Source: Candidatus Poribacteria bacterium (GTDB taxonomy: Bacteria; Poribacteria; WGA-4E; WGA-3G). From it: a DNA stretch of 64,000 nucleotides. The notes below the pieces were generated by a model that saw only the letters and a program-made list of their open reading frames with translations, was not told where the DNA came from and made no database searches. The position numbers and the translations under genes were made by a program. Below are positions 9,351 through 19,962 of the stretch, in pieces; position 1 is the first letter of the stretch, and each line of letters begins with the position of its first letter. The stretch covers positions 3,488,001-3,552,000 of the forward strand of contig OZ244048.1 of NCBI GenBank assembly GCA_965215265.1, in the 5' to 3' direction.

Positions 9351-10139
9351 TCATTTCAAAAATTCTCCTGGGATTCTGGAACCGGGGTAGTTTGCGTTTT
9401 CATCGCGATTCGCGATAACCTCGGGAATCGCGTCTTCCCAATATTCCGGGACGGTATTCGGCCGACTGTGCCATGCAAGAATCAGGGTTCTACGGGCATC
9501 GGTATAGTTTTTCCGTGCGGCGTGCAGGAGGCGCGCGTCCGCCATGACCAAGGAACCTGCCTTTACGCAGACATCCACCTGATCTGGATGGTTGCTAAAC
9601 ATGATAGAGTGGTTTTCGTCAACAAACCTTGCCCCCTGTTCATGTGCAGGTACCAAGATATCATGCAAATCAATGCGTTTGAGGTGAGTACCAGGAATAA
9701 CTTTCAGACATCCGTTTTCAGGCGCGGTATCGGTGAGATAATAGTTGAGAAAAATAGTTTGCGGCCAGGGGGCGCAGCTGAGCGGATCATTCCAACGCAT
9801 CCAATCTTGGTGCCAATAGAGTGCCGGTGCGCCTGGGTCTTTCGTCAAGATGATAATCCCGCCGGATGAGGTGAAATCCCCAAACCCGATTTGCTCAAGT
9901 GCTACTCGTGCTGGCTGCCACTCCAGCAGCTTCTGAATGTACGGGTTGTCTTCGCCGCGGACATTGACGTGCTGGCCTTGATAGACAACATCGTCTGGTT
10001 GCACATGCCCTGCGATGAGCCGTTCTGATTCATCCCGCAGTTCTTGCACGAACTCCTCTGTCAAAATATCGTCTACAACACAGTAGCCATCGCGAAGCAT
10101 TTGCTCCCTTTTTGCTAAGGCGACTTCAGGTGTCATCAA
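9351..10139 (-). CDS. Phytanoyl-CoA dioxygenase (PhyH) family protein
   Basis: 'RDGYCVV', 'WHQD', 'YLTD...NGCLKVIPGTH', 'LLHAA...RRTL'. Confidence 0.9.
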   Translation of the reverse strand: MMTPEVALAKREQMLRDGYCVVDDILTEEFVQELRDESERLIAGHVQPDDVVYQGQHVNVRGEDNPYIQKLLEWQPARVALEQIGFGDFTSSGGIIILTKDPGAPALYWHQDWMRWNDPLSCAPWPQTIFLNYYLTDTAPENGCLKVIPGTHLKRIDLHDILVPAHEQGARFVDENHSIMFSNHPDQVDVCVKAGSLVMADARLLHAARKNYTDARRTLILAWHSRPNTVPEYWEDAIPEVIANRDENANYPGSRIPGEFLK

Positions 10140-10284
10140 ATTGCTCCTTTATCTTTTGAATTTTGCATTGTTGGTTATAAGGCACCTGTCGGGTGAAATT
10201 GGGGCTGCCATATCGTCACGGATGCCTTACCCATTCAGTGTTAATATGATTTTACACGACTTTGTTTGAGAAATCAACAATTTT

Positions 10285-12594
10285 TTGATGACAATGTGTT
10301 GGAAATATGCTATTATGATGAAAAACAGTAAGGAGGAAAGAACAATTATCACGATATATGTTAAACAGTCTCTTTGTATGCTACTCAAAGATATACGGTG
10401 CGAACATTCAAACTCGTCAGAGAGCTCTTGGTTAGGATTTTTAATACACACTTGTCGAAGACATGCTATATTTCAGCGGTTTAAACAGGGCTTATGCTTC
10501 CTCTATGTGATATTAGTATGCTTTTTCGTGCAGACAGCATTCGGTATGCGCGGGTTCACGACTGAAAACATTCCCAGAGAAAGGGAATACGAGGCTGCTT
10601 TCAAGGAACTCGTTTCACCAGAAATTTGTCGGCGACGATTACGTCAATTGACAGAAGAACCACATCTCGCAGGTACCGAGAATAGTCGTCAGGTAGCGGA
10701 GTATATCCGGGATGAATTTGAAAGTTATGGGTTGACAGTACAAATATATGAATATCAGGTTTACCTGCCGCATCCGCTTGAAGTGAGCGTGGAAATGGTT
10801 TCTCCAACTGAGTATCAAGCAATTGGCAAAGAGGCGAGTTGGGAGTGGGACAAGGATTCTTATGAAACCGAGCTTGTGCCGGGATACAATGCTTATTCGC
10901 CCGATGGAGATGTAACAGCAGAGCTCGTCTATGTAAACAAAGGGTTGCCAGTGGATTACGAGATTCTTAGCGAAAAAGGCATCTCTGTTAAGGGCAAAAT
11001 CTGCATTTCTCGGTATGGAGGCAGTTATCGAGGTGTGAAAGCCAAAGTTGCAGGTGATAACGGGGCAGTCGGCTTAATTCTTTATTCAGATCCTGCAGAC
11101 GATGGCTACATGCATGGTGATGTCTATCCTCGTGGCCCGTGGCGTCCCGCCGATGCGATTCAACGTGGAACGGTTAAATATATCTTTCAACATGCGAGCG
11201 ATCCGTTGACACCCGGCTGGGCGGCGACTGAAGATGCCGAAAGACTCACGATTGATGAAGCTACAGATCTACCAGAGATACCAGTTATCCCGCTCGCTTA
11301 TAGAGATGCCGAACCACTGTTGAAGGCACTTGCAGGGCCAAATGTTCCGAGAAAATGGCAAGGTGGTTTGCCTTTCGCATATCATATCGGTCCCGGCCCC
11401 GCCAGAGTTCGTCTCAAAATTCGGTGTGAGCATAGTCAGCGTCCCATCTATAATGTCATCGCGACTTTAGAAGGCGAGGAGTACCCCGACCAATGGGTAA
11501 TCTTAGGCAACCATCACGATGCGTGGGTTTACGGTGCCGCGGACCCCGGAAGTGGGACAACATCGCTCTTAGAAGTCGCTCGGTGCCTATCGGAATTGGC
11601 GAAAACAGGTGTGCGTCCCAAACGTACAATAGTTTTCGCGGCCTGGGATGCAGAAGAATTTGGCATCATCGGCTCAACCGAATGGGTAGAGGAATTGAAA
11701 ACGACGTTAAAGCAAAATGCAGTGGTGTACCTGAACGTTGATATTGCAGCGACAGGCGGAGACCTCTATGTCGGGGCGATTCCTTCACTGAGCTCACTGA
11801 TTCACGAGGTAACACAAAATGTGACGGATCCAGGGACTCTGAAATCTGTTTATGACAGCTGGAAAACGCGGCAAGGAAAGGAAATTCCTCAGATTGGCAA
11901 TCTTGGTAGCGGTTCCGACCATTCACCCTTTATCGGGCATGTAGGGATTCCTGCTGTGAGTATGGGATTTGACGGACCGTACGGTGTTTACCACGCTATG
12001 CAGGATAATTTTTATTGGATGGAACACTTCGGAGATCCGACGTTTCAATATCAGGCGGCGATGGCGAAAATTTGGGGGCTGCTCGCGCTACGACTTGCAA
12101 ATGCCGATATCTTGCCTTTTGATTACGAAAATTACGCGACAGAACTCATAACCCCGTTAAAACTCTTACAAAATGCCGGTTCAAAAGCGAAGATAGCCTC
12201 AGAGGTAAAAAGGTTAGATGCGTTACTCACAAACTGGCAAGCGGCCGCGGCATCAATGCATCAAACTCTCAATCGGCACCTCACAGCTGGAGACTTGCCT
12301 GCTTCACAAAACACTCTTGAAAGCGGTGTTCTACAATTAGAGAAGATAAATCGCCGTCTATATAACTTAGAACGGAATTTGACGGATGACGCAGGGCTGC
12401 CGCTGCGTCCTTGGTTCAAGCACCTCATCTATGCCCCAGGGCTCAATACAGGCTATGCAGCGGTTATTTTCCCCGGTGTTCACGATGCATTAGAGGCGGA
12501 AGATGATGAAGAACTTCGTGCTCAACTTGACCGGTTGGCGGAAGCATTTGAACGGATGATAGAAGGAATAAATAAGATTCGTGCGTTGCTCTAA
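10285..12594 (+). CDS. M28B glutamate carboxypeptidase II-like metallopeptidase (PA + M28 + TfR-like dimerisation domains)
   Basis: 'PHLAGT', 'GNHHDAWVYGAADPGSG', 'WDAEEFG', 'SGSDH', 'PWFKHLIYAPG'; true start probably downstream of 10285. Confidence 0.92.
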   Translation: MMTMCWKYAIMMKNSKEERTIITIYVKQSLCMLLKDIRCEHSNSSESSWLGFLIHTCRRHAIFQRFKQGLCFLYVILVCFFVQTAFGMRGFTTENIPREREYEAAFKELVSPEICRRRLRQLTEEPHLAGTENSRQVAEYIRDEFESYGLTVQIYEYQVYLPHPLEVSVEMVSPTEYQAIGKEASWEWDKDSYETELVPGYNAYSPDGDVTAELVYVNKGLPVDYEILSEKGISVKGKICISRYGGSYRGVKAKVAGDNGAVGLILYSDPADDGYMHGDVYPRGPWRPADAIQRGTVKYIFQHASDPLTPGWAATEDAERLTIDEATDLPEIPVIPLAYRDAEPLLKALAGPNVPRKWQGGLPFAYHIGPGPARVRLKIRCEHSQRPIYNVIATLEGEEYPDQWVILGNHHDAWVYGAADPGSGTTSLLEVARCLSELAKTGVRPKRTIVFAAWDAEEFGIIGSTEWVEELKTTLKQNAVVYLNVDIAATGGDLYVGAIPSLSSLIHEVTQNVTDPGTLKSVYDSWKTRQGKEIPQIGNLGSGSDHSPFIGHVGIPAVSMGFDGPYGVYHAMQDNFYWMEHFGDPTFQYQAAMAKIWGLLALRLANADILPFDYENYATELITPLKLLQNAGSKAKIASEVKRLDALLTNWQAAAASMHQTLNRHLTAGDLPASQNTLESGVLQLEKINRRLYNLERNLTDDAGLPLRPWFKHLIYAPGLNTGYAAVIFPGVHDALEAEDDEELRAQLDRLAEAFERMIEGINKIRALL

Positions 12595-12689
12595 ACTTAA
12601 CCTGTTTGACAGTTCTAAATGTAGAGCAAGAACGAGAATTTTGTGCGGCTCGCAACCCTTCTTAAAATGTACCGAGGTCGGCATTTAGG

Positions 12690-13775
12690 CTAGAAATCTA
12701 CCGATGCAGAATCGTATAAAGCATTTGTCTCCGTGTCAGGAGCAACCGGGACTGCGGACTTCGCTTTCAATAGAACGTTATCACCAACTCGAAATGTACA
12801 GCAAGGGTCGGTTTGGACGAAGTAGTGCTGCTTGTCTAGTAAAACGTGATAGATTAAATAGTTCCCTTTAAACATTCGTCCGATAATGCGGGCACATTTT
12901 GTATTTTGGTTGGCAGAGTCAGGTGATGTTAAAGTGAAATGCTCTGGGCGAATTGACAAAAGCACTTCACCAGTGGTTGGGTTCTCAAGGTTGACACAGC
13001 CAAACGAGGTTTCAGCTATCCAATCCTTTGCATGCGCGCGGATGAAGTTGGTTCGTCCAAGGAAACCTGCTACATACGCGGTTCTCGGTTGGTGGTACAT
13101 CTCTTCCGGTGTACCTATCTGTTCAAGAGTCCCTTCTTTCATGACAGCTAACCGTTCTGCGAAACTCAAGGCTTCTTCCTGGTCGTGCGTAACCAAAACG
13201 GCACTGATATGCTCGGCTTTTAGGAGGGCGCGGACCTCGTCGCGGGTTGCTTGACGTAAACCAGGGTCAAGCCCCGAGAAGGGTTCATCTAACAGCAGCA
13301 ATTTCGGGCGTGCGACGATGGAACGGGCTAACGCTACCCGTTGTTGTTCACCGCCGGAGAGATGATGGGGTAGTCGATTATGTAGGTTTGCCAGGTCAAC
13401 CATCTCCAGTCCTTCCATGGCTCTAACCTGCCGTGTTTTTTTCGGCATTTTACGCAGTCCAAAAGCAACGTTTTCCAGGACGTTCTTGTGCGGGAAAAGG
13501 GCGTAATCCTGAAATACAAACCCGATGCTGCGCGATTCAGCCGGCACGTGTACGTTGCTATTTACCAGTACACGTTCCGCCATGGTGATCGTTCCGGCAT
13601 CTGTTTTTTCAAAACCAGCGATTAGTCTTAACGTTGTTGTCTTCCCACAGCCGCTGGGCCCCAATAGTGCGAACATTTCGCTTGGATAGACTTCAAAACT
13701 AACAGCGTTAACCACGGCAGGCTGACTGGCGGTGAACCTTTTAGTAATTGCGTCAACAGTGAGTAAGGGTGTCAT
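12690..13775 (-). CDS. ABC transporter ATP-binding protein (FbpC/PotA-like)
   Basis: Walker A GPSGCGKT, 'FQDYALFPH', LSGGEQQR, DEPF, TOBE-like C-terminus. Confidence 0.92.
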   Translation of the reverse strand: MTPLLTVDAITKRFTASQPAVVNAVSFEVYPSEMFALLGPSGCGKTTTLRLIAGFEKTDAGTITMAERVLVNSNVHVPAESRSIGFVFQDYALFPHKNVLENVAFGLRKMPKKTRQVRAMEGLEMVDLANLHNRLPHHLSGGEQQRVALARSIVARPKLLLLDEPFSGLDPGLRQATRDEVRALLKAEHISAVLVTHDQEEALSFAERLAVMKEGTLEQIGTPEEMYHQPRTAYVAGFLGRTNFIRAHAKDWIAETSFGCVNLENPTTGEVLLSIRPEHFTLTSPDSANQNTKCARIIGRMFKGNYLIYHVLLDKQHYFVQTDPCCTFRVGDNVLLKAKSAVPVAPDTETNALYDSASVDF

Positions 13776-13903
13776 GATAATTTTATTTTTTTCTATCCAA
13801 TGCAGAAATGATAAAACAGGTGCCTATTTCGTCTTTAGCAACTAAAGGACACGCGGTGCTTATGTGAGCCGGTGTTGTTCTCTTGATAGGCATCTCTACT
13901 ACT

Positions 13904-15862
13904 TTAAAGCGTATGTCCTGCACCTGATGACGGCATGTAAAGATTTAAAGCGAAACTGATCAGACTCAAGATACTCCGCGGAATGTAATCGCCTAAAACG
14001 AGTCCGAGGAAGAAGGGGATTGCTCGACGGTAAGTCTGCCATCCTGAAAATCGCAAGATCAGGAATTTAACCAACCAACTCACCATAACAGGGAACCAGA
14101 AGTAAATGAGTCCGCCCCACGATGCCCCGGAAAGTACGTAGCCTGATGGGTGAAGCGTCCACCACAATAGGCGGGTGCGCATAAAATTCAGCAGAAATAC
14201 GAACCCAAAGCCGCCGCACATAAACCCGAGTGCACTAATATCAGGTTCTTGTGGATGCTGTAGCCAACTCTGGAGGGGGTTAAAACTTTCCCACCCAAAC
14301 CGTCCGACAACGCCTTGACAGCGTGCCAACACCCCGTAGTGGTACGCCACCTGCAAATATGTCCAGAAAGTGGCGAGTGCACCCACGGCGATAGCGAGTG
14401 CCATTCCTACTATCAATGTTTTGCCGGGCATGCCCACCCGCTCACCGATGCGAAGCGATTCAATCTGATTCGGCATTGGATGCGAACGGTTGCACCGATT
14501 AAAGGCGTACAGAAATGTCATGATAGTGAGATTCGCGGCCCCCAATTGGCGGGTTCCAAACATACTCACCATCATCTGTCGCGGATTGATGCCGATAACC
14601 TCGTGATAGGGAGGCCCGAGCTCAGCGCGTACACGCCCGATGGCCAGTGCAAAAGCGATGAATAGCATGTAAAACACGGCAATCGCCCACAACGACATTC
14701 CTGCTGCATAACAGAACGCGAACACAAGTCCGATGCTGATAATTGTCAGCACAGCCGTAGTCCGATATGTGAAAGGTTCAGTGGTATCGTCGCCCTGTTC
14801 CCGCCCGAAGATATGCCGTGCAAAACGTGCGAAATGCCGCCTTCCCATCCACAACGTCAATACAGCGATGCCTACCCATGCACCGGAGGCTCTGTCGTTG
14901 AGATGTAGAACGCTTATATTTGTGACACCAACAGCACTCGCAATGACGCGTTCTGCACGAGTGAGCCAAAAGAAGAACCACGTCGAAAAGGCAAGATCGA
15001 GCGGCATGAAATATGTTAACCCAACAATCGCCAAATTGAACGACATTGAGGCATAGCCGATGGCATTCCAAGGTCGTTCTGTGAAATGTCTATCTAGACG
15101 ATAATTAGCAGGAAGTGCAGGAATAACGGGGAAAATATCATGCAATCCAGCTAGCACCCGGAGCAACGCCGCAATCCCGAACCCAATCCAGAGAGCGCGT
15201 GAACGAAAGAAGTTGCGGTTGGTTGTCATTTGCAGCGGCAAATGCGTTAGCGGAAAACTCAATTTCTCGCGTTCCATCCACTGCTTGCGCAGCATCATCC
15301 CTAAGCAGAGAAGTGAACCGTAGAGCAGAAAGATAAAACCGGACCAGATGAGTGCAGGCATTATCCAGATACGGAGATGTTCTGCCCAATAAATGCTAGA
15401 TTCGCCTTCATAATAGCCCGCTAACCATTCAAAATCATGTACCGTGAGCCAAGACGGGATATGGTGTAAGAAGAGTTGTGCCCACTCATTTTCAGGACTA
15501 GCGAACCAGAAAGGATGTGCCAATGTTCCCATGAGGATCGCCATCATCGCATGACCAGAAATGGTGGAAACCATCGTTACCATAACATAGATGAGCAACA
15601 ACTCGCTGGCAGTAAAGGGGGCAATTGGCGATCCGAATTTTAAGGCTGTACGAAGTAGTACATTGATTGCGAGTAGTACAACTAACGTAAATACTGCATT
15701 AGAAAATGGTGAGACGAGCGTATAGACAGCGTACCAGAGCTCACTTGCTATTCCTACCCAATACGCGTTGACGATAACTAGGATAATGCCTACAATTATC
15801 GCTTTTTTTGTGATAATTGTAGGCGGGTTTTTAGGATGCGCGTAGGCGGTACTAGAGCTCAT
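13904..15862 (-). CDS. DUF6785/DUF6784-like multi-TM protein (putative transporter)
   Basis: Many hydrophobic segments; 'RKQWMEREKLSFPL', 'RVRAELG', 'WWTLHPSGY', 'PFFLGLVLGD'. Confidence 0.75.
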   Translation of the reverse strand: MSSSTAYAHPKNPPTIITKKAIIVGIILVIVNAYWVGIASELWYAVYTLVSPFSNAVFTLVVLLAINVLLRTALKFGSPIAPFTASELLLIYVMVTMVSTISGHAMMAILMGTLAHPFWFASPENEWAQLFLHHIPSWLTVHDFEWLAGYYEGESSIYWAEHLRIWIMPALIWSGFIFLLYGSLLCLGMMLRKQWMEREKLSFPLTHLPLQMTTNRNFFRSRALWIGFGIAALLRVLAGLHDIFPVIPALPANYRLDRHFTERPWNAIGYASMSFNLAIVGLTYFMPLDLAFSTWFFFWLTRAERVIASAVGVTNISVLHLNDRASGAWVGIAVLTLWMGRRHFARFARHIFGREQGDDTTEPFTYRTTAVLTIISIGLVFAFCYAAGMSLWAIAVFYMLFIAFALAIGRVRAELGPPYHEVIGINPRQMMVSMFGTRQLGAANLTIMTFLYAFNRCNRSHPMPNQIESLRIGERVGMPGKTLIVGMALAIAVGALATFWTYLQVAYHYGVLARCQGVVGRFGWESFNPLQSWLQHPQEPDISALGFMCGGFGFVFLLNFMRTRLLWWTLHPSGYVLSGASWGGLIYFWFPVMVSWLVKFLILRFSGWQTYRRAIPFFLGLVLGDYIPRSILSLISFALNLYMPSSGAGHTL

Positions 15863-16026
15863 ATTTAAAATCGCGGGCAGCTTACAACTTCTTGGGCTTT
15901 CCTAGTAGTGGCGAGTACCTGACAGAAATCTTCTAAATTCTGGATTAGAAATTTCCGAGGAACTCAATAGTGTGATACTCCGTCCTCGGTACGTAATTGG
16001 GACAGATAAAAAACCTTGTTTTCAGG

Positions 16027-17637
16027 CTATTCTTCAGCCGGTGCTTCCTCTTCAGGTATCTCAGGGATTTCGGTAGTGGAAAGCGATTCGGCATCTTCTG
16101 TTGCATTGCTTAGGTACTTTTCAATTTCGCCTGCTTTGATAATGCGGACCGCCTCCTGCAATTCCCTGTCGTATTCTAAATTCACTACTTTTTCAATGCC
16201 AACATTCCGGTTAAAGAGTTGCTCAGTACGCAGTTTTAACCACTGCATATTAACGCCGATGCTAGTCTCGGCGAGGACTTCGCTGAGTTTCGGAAAATCC
16301 GTTTCTGCAATTTTGAGTGTAGTAAGCCAAAGAGATAATACGGCGTGTTTTAACTTCGGCAGCGCTGCCTCTAGTTTTGTAAAATCTTTCGGCAATTCAC
16401 CTGTACGCTTAAGTTCCTCCTCAATCCATTTTGTGACAAAATCTTCAACGATATCTTTCTCGCGAACCATTCTCTGCATCGTCTGTTCTATGAGTTCAAG
16501 TTTTTCTGGGGTAACATAGACATGGGGCGTAATTCCTTCTTTATCAATAGAGGTGCCATTAGGTGTATAGTATGAAGAGATAGTCAACGACATAGCCCCG
16601 ATTTTTCCGAGCGGATATCGCTTTTGGACGACTCCCTTCCCGAAAGTTTTTTGACCGACAAGAATGCCGCGGCGGGTATCTTTAATCGCGCCAGCCACGA
16701 TTTCGGAAGCACTTGCACTGTATTGATTCACGAGCACGACGAGCGGAATAGTTGGATCGCAGAGCAGCTGGGAGGTTGCAGGGTACGTCTGATCAAATTG
16801 GCTTCTGAGTCCTTTGGTTGAAACGATAAGTCCTTCATCAATAAAAGCATCGGCGATGTGGTATGCTGCATTAAGCAGCCCCCCTTGATTGCTCCGTAAA
16901 TCTAAAATCAGTGCTTGCATGCCGGCGGCTTTATGTGCTTCTAAGGCGCTCCTAAATTTTTCTTCAGTTCCGTCCTTTCTGCCACTCCCGATAAATTCAG
17001 TGATACGGATATAGCCGATTCCATCATCAAGCATCGTTGACGTGACACTACTAATTGCAATTCTTGCCCGGGTCAGTGTTACCTCAAATGGTTCCAAAAG
17101 TCCGCGTTGTATGGTAATTGTTACCGATGTTCCAATTTCGCCTCTGAGTAAATCAACAACATCGTCTTCTGTCATGCCAGTTTTTTCACTCAGATGAATT
17201 GGTTCTCCGTTGACTTTTATAATGTAATCGCCAGCTTGCAGTTCAGCGGCTTCTGCAGGTGTTTTTGGAAGTGGTTTGGAAATCTTGATGAATCCGCGGT
17301 GGTCTCTGTAGATACGGACACCGAGCCCACCAAATTCAGCATTATAGAGGTTTTCGACGGAACGTTGGTGATCGCGGCGGGATAAGAGGTACGTGTAAGG
17401 GTCATGGATAGCCGCGAGTGCCCCCTTAATCGCTCCGACGTACATTGCATCACTGTCTATCGGTTTATAATAATTCTGTTCGGCAATATAGATGGCTGAT
17501 GTGAGAGCAGTATTTAGCATTGCACGCGTGATTCGTTCTTCGCCGCTGAGCGCATCTTTTTCACCGGAATGGATAAGTAGAAACGGAATACCAACAGCAA
17601 CGACTAAGACAATGAAAGATAAAGTGTATCTTTTCAT
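16027..17637 (-). CDS. ctpA: Carboxyl-terminal processing protease, S41A family
   Basis: 'DPYT', PDZ 'FGGLGV', 'LDLRSNQGG', 'SASASEIVAGA', 'TFGKGVVQ'. Confidence 0.92.
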   Translation of the reverse strand: MKRYTLSFIVLVVAVGIPFLLIHSGEKDALSGEERITRAMLNTALTSAIYIAEQNYYKPIDSDAMYVGAIKGALAAIHDPYTYLLSRRDHQRSVENLYNAEFGGLGVRIYRDHRGFIKISKPLPKTPAEAAELQAGDYIIKVNGEPIHLSEKTGMTEDDVVDLLRGEIGTSVTITIQRGLLEPFEVTLTRARIAISSVTSTMLDDGIGYIRITEFIGSGRKDGTEEKFRSALEAHKAAGMQALILDLRSNQGGLLNAAYHIADAFIDEGLIVSTKGLRSQFDQTYPATSQLLCDPTIPLVVLVNQYSASASEIVAGAIKDTRRGILVGQKTFGKGVVQKRYPLGKIGAMSLTISSYYTPNGTSIDKEGITPHVYVTPEKLELIEQTMQRMVREKDIVEDFVTKWIEEELKRTGELPKDFTKLEAALPKLKHAVLSLWLTTLKIAETDFPKLSEVLAETSIGVNMQWLKLRTEQLFNRNVGIEKVVNLEYDRELQEAVRIIKAGEIEKYLSNATEDAESLSTTEIPEIPEEEAPAEE

Positions 17638-17801
17638 GATTTTCCCTCTTTTTTAAAGTGTCACATTTTCAGAATATTTTTTAAGCTCTTCTATTATAAC
17701 ATTATAACATTATTTCAACGTTTATACAACGCTATTCGCGTAGATTTAGCACGTAGATACCGTTCGGTTCAGTCAACGAAGGCTTTTTGATGCACGCGTT
17801 A

Positions 17802-18746
17802 CTATTTGGTGAGCCGATTTTGACGTTTTGCTTGCCACTCTGGTAGTGGTTGTGTCTTCCATCTGTTATGCAGCCATAACCACTGCTCAGGATATTTGCG
17901 AATGTACGTTTCTAGTTGTCTGAGCAGGCGTGTCGTCCACTTCTGAACATCGTGCTCGAAATTGGGGGAGGTTTCTAAGTGCATGGGTGGCAAAATATGA
18001 ACATGGTGGCGATCATCGGGTTGTCGGATATCTAATGAAAAAAGGACCGGTGCTCCAGTTTTAAGCGCGAGTACAACGGGGCCACGTGCTGCTGAAGCCT
18101 GCTTTCCGAAAAACTTGACAGCCACGCCTTCCGGTCCGGCGTTCTGATCTGCGAAGAACCCAACAGCATGATTGCTTTTTAGTGCCCGTAAAGTTTCGCG
18201 GACTGCACGTCGCCGAGGAATTAATTCTAAACCCAGCTGCTCTCGATGTTGCCAGACATAAGCATTAAGTGGCTCATTTTTTAATGGAAAAGCGATCGCT
18301 TTCGCTTGATTGGGGATGAGCGCTCCGTAGACAAGTGCCAGCAGTTCCCAATTTCCGAAATGTGGCAGGAATACAATCGCGCCTTTTCCGTGTGCTAAAG
18401 CGTTATGAAGGTTTCCCGCGCCCACCACGGTGACATCACGCCAGATATTCTCAACGTTGAATTGCGGAAATCTGAGAAATTCAATGCAGGTTTTACACAC
18501 GTTGATAAAAGATGCTCTGCCAATTTCTCGTCTCTGTGCTTCTGTTAATTCTTTGCCGAATGCAATCTCTAGATTGTCAAGCGCAATTTGTCGACGGTGT
18601 TTCCATAAGCGATAGAGAAGTTTACCTATGCCACTCCCAAGATGCCGCGTGCAGGATTTGGGAATTCGGCGGCAGAACCAGCCAAAACTCCTAACGAACT
18701 GATACACTATTTTATCCTTCAATTGACTGTGCGTCATACACCTCAC
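17802..18746 (-). CDS. Lipid A lauroyl/myristoyl acyltransferase (LpxL/HtrB family)
   Basis: 'HFGNWE', 'DQ', 'VKFFG', 'IRKYPEQWLWLHNRWK'. Confidence 0.88.
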   Translation of the reverse strand: MRCMTHSQLKDKIVYQFVRSFGWFCRRIPKSCTRHLGSGIGKLLYRLWKHRRQIALDNLEIAFGKELTEAQRREIGRASFINVCKTCIEFLRFPQFNVENIWRDVTVVGAGNLHNALAHGKGAIVFLPHFGNWELLALVYGALIPNQAKAIAFPLKNEPLNAYVWQHREQLGLELIPRRRAVRETLRALKSNHAVGFFADQNAGPEGVAVKFFGKQASAARGPVVLALKTGAPVLFSLDIRQPDDRHHVHILPPMHLETSPNFEHDVQKWTTRLLRQLETYIRKYPEQWLWLHNRWKTQPLPEWQAKRQNRLTK

Positions 18747-18873
18747 CTTTTTTAAACTATCATGTCATTGAGTATACCATAATAAACCCGTCACATGCAA
18801 AACGTTATCGGATGGTTTGACGTAAAATAGGGCATCCTATAAAATAACTGCTAAATAAACGGAGGAAAACATA

Positions 18874-19941
18874 ATGTTGGGTAAAACAATAAGTGGGGCT
18901 GTGCAGCTCAGCAGAACAGTAGCAGCATCGTATTTTAAGCATTTTGGACTGTTGTGGCGTATCATGATGCCGGTAGTTATCGTCGTAATTGTAGTTGATA
19001 TCGGGCTGTTTTTCTATAACCACACCAGATTTGAGAAATTTGCAGAAGAAAATAAATTTGAAGTTCATTGGACAGCCAATACAGTCAGAGGTATTGAACC
19101 TACAGTGTCTCCAAGGCCTAAACTTGAGTCTGAGAGGAGTTGGATTTGGATATTTAGCACAAACGATTTCATATTCACTGGTGACGACGATAGCAGTTGG
19201 AGATGGAATTTTACTTTTCGGCATTTCGAGTACAGTCTGCTACTGTTAACGCTTTGTCCGCTCGCCTTCGCTGTTGCTCAACTTTCTCGGTACCCGAAAA
19301 TGATCGCGCGGGATGCCTGGCGGCAAACTCGCACGAAGTTCTGGTCAGTTTTAGGTGCGAATCTCCTCTTAATACTGATTCATGAAGCGATTCACTTACT
19401 TATGTATTCGGTAACATTTCAATTTATTCACATTTCCTCCGTGATGATGAATATTATACCTATGGGCGACACTGTGGTAATGTTCTTTTTGAGGATTATA
19501 ACTATTGTACCCATGTGCTATATTCTGGTAACTTTCAGTCTTTACAATCCGTGTCTTATGCTTGAGAAGCAATCGGTAATATCGGTTTTTCGCCGGAGCC
19601 ATGCATTAGTAAAGGGGGTGCGCTGGCGGTTTTTCTTGATATATATGGTGACTTCATGGGTAGCATCAATTATAACCTCAATTTTCCTTGGTTGCACATT
19701 TTTGGCATTTTCTATTTTTATACCAGAAGTCGCCCCGGTTCGCGATGCATTGCTGCAGTTTCGATTTTTCACGCTATTCCTCGGGGCCAATGCTGCAGTT
19801 ATCTTAGAGGCTTTTCCGAGCGTTTGGGCGAAGGTCCCGATAATTGTAGTCAGAGGATTAATACTAACATTTTTGGTGCCCATCTGGGCAATTTTAACGA
19901 CACATCTCTATATGGTGCGCGTAGATGGACTCTCATCATAA
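18874..19941 (+). CDS. Hypothetical integral membrane protein
   Basis: 355-aa ORF, GGAGG RBS, several TM helices, 'RRSHALVKG' motif common in uncharacterised membrane proteins. Confidence 0.7.
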   Translation: MLGKTISGAVQLSRTVAASYFKHFGLLWRIMMPVVIVVIVVDIGLFFYNHTRFEKFAEENKFEVHWTANTVRGIEPTVSPRPKLESERSWIWIFSTNDFIFTGDDDSSWRWNFTFRHFEYSLLLLTLCPLAFAVAQLSRYPKMIARDAWRQTRTKFWSVLGANLLLILIHEAIHLLMYSVTFQFIHISSVMMNIIPMGDTVVMFFLRIITIVPMCYILVTFSLYNPCLMLEKQSVISVFRRSHALVKGVRWRFFLIYMVTSWVASIITSIFLGCTFLAFSIFIPEVAPVRDALLQFRFFTLFLGANAAVILEAFPSVWAKVPIIVVRGLILTFLVPIWAILTTHLYMVRVDGLSS

Positions 19942-19962
19942 CACTGTAGACACACAATTAAA

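Noticed and set aside
13819-13894. Hammerhead ribozyme or SAM-I riboswitch call
   Set aside because: GAAA, AUC and 'TATCAAGAG' are present, but the CUGAUGA core and the SAM-I GAGGGA/GCAACC motifs are missing; kept only as an unknown structure
16270-16390. DFTKLEAAL / DFPKLSEVL similarity in the CtpA C-terminus
   Set aside because: Too short to distinguish from ordinary amphipathic helix periodicity
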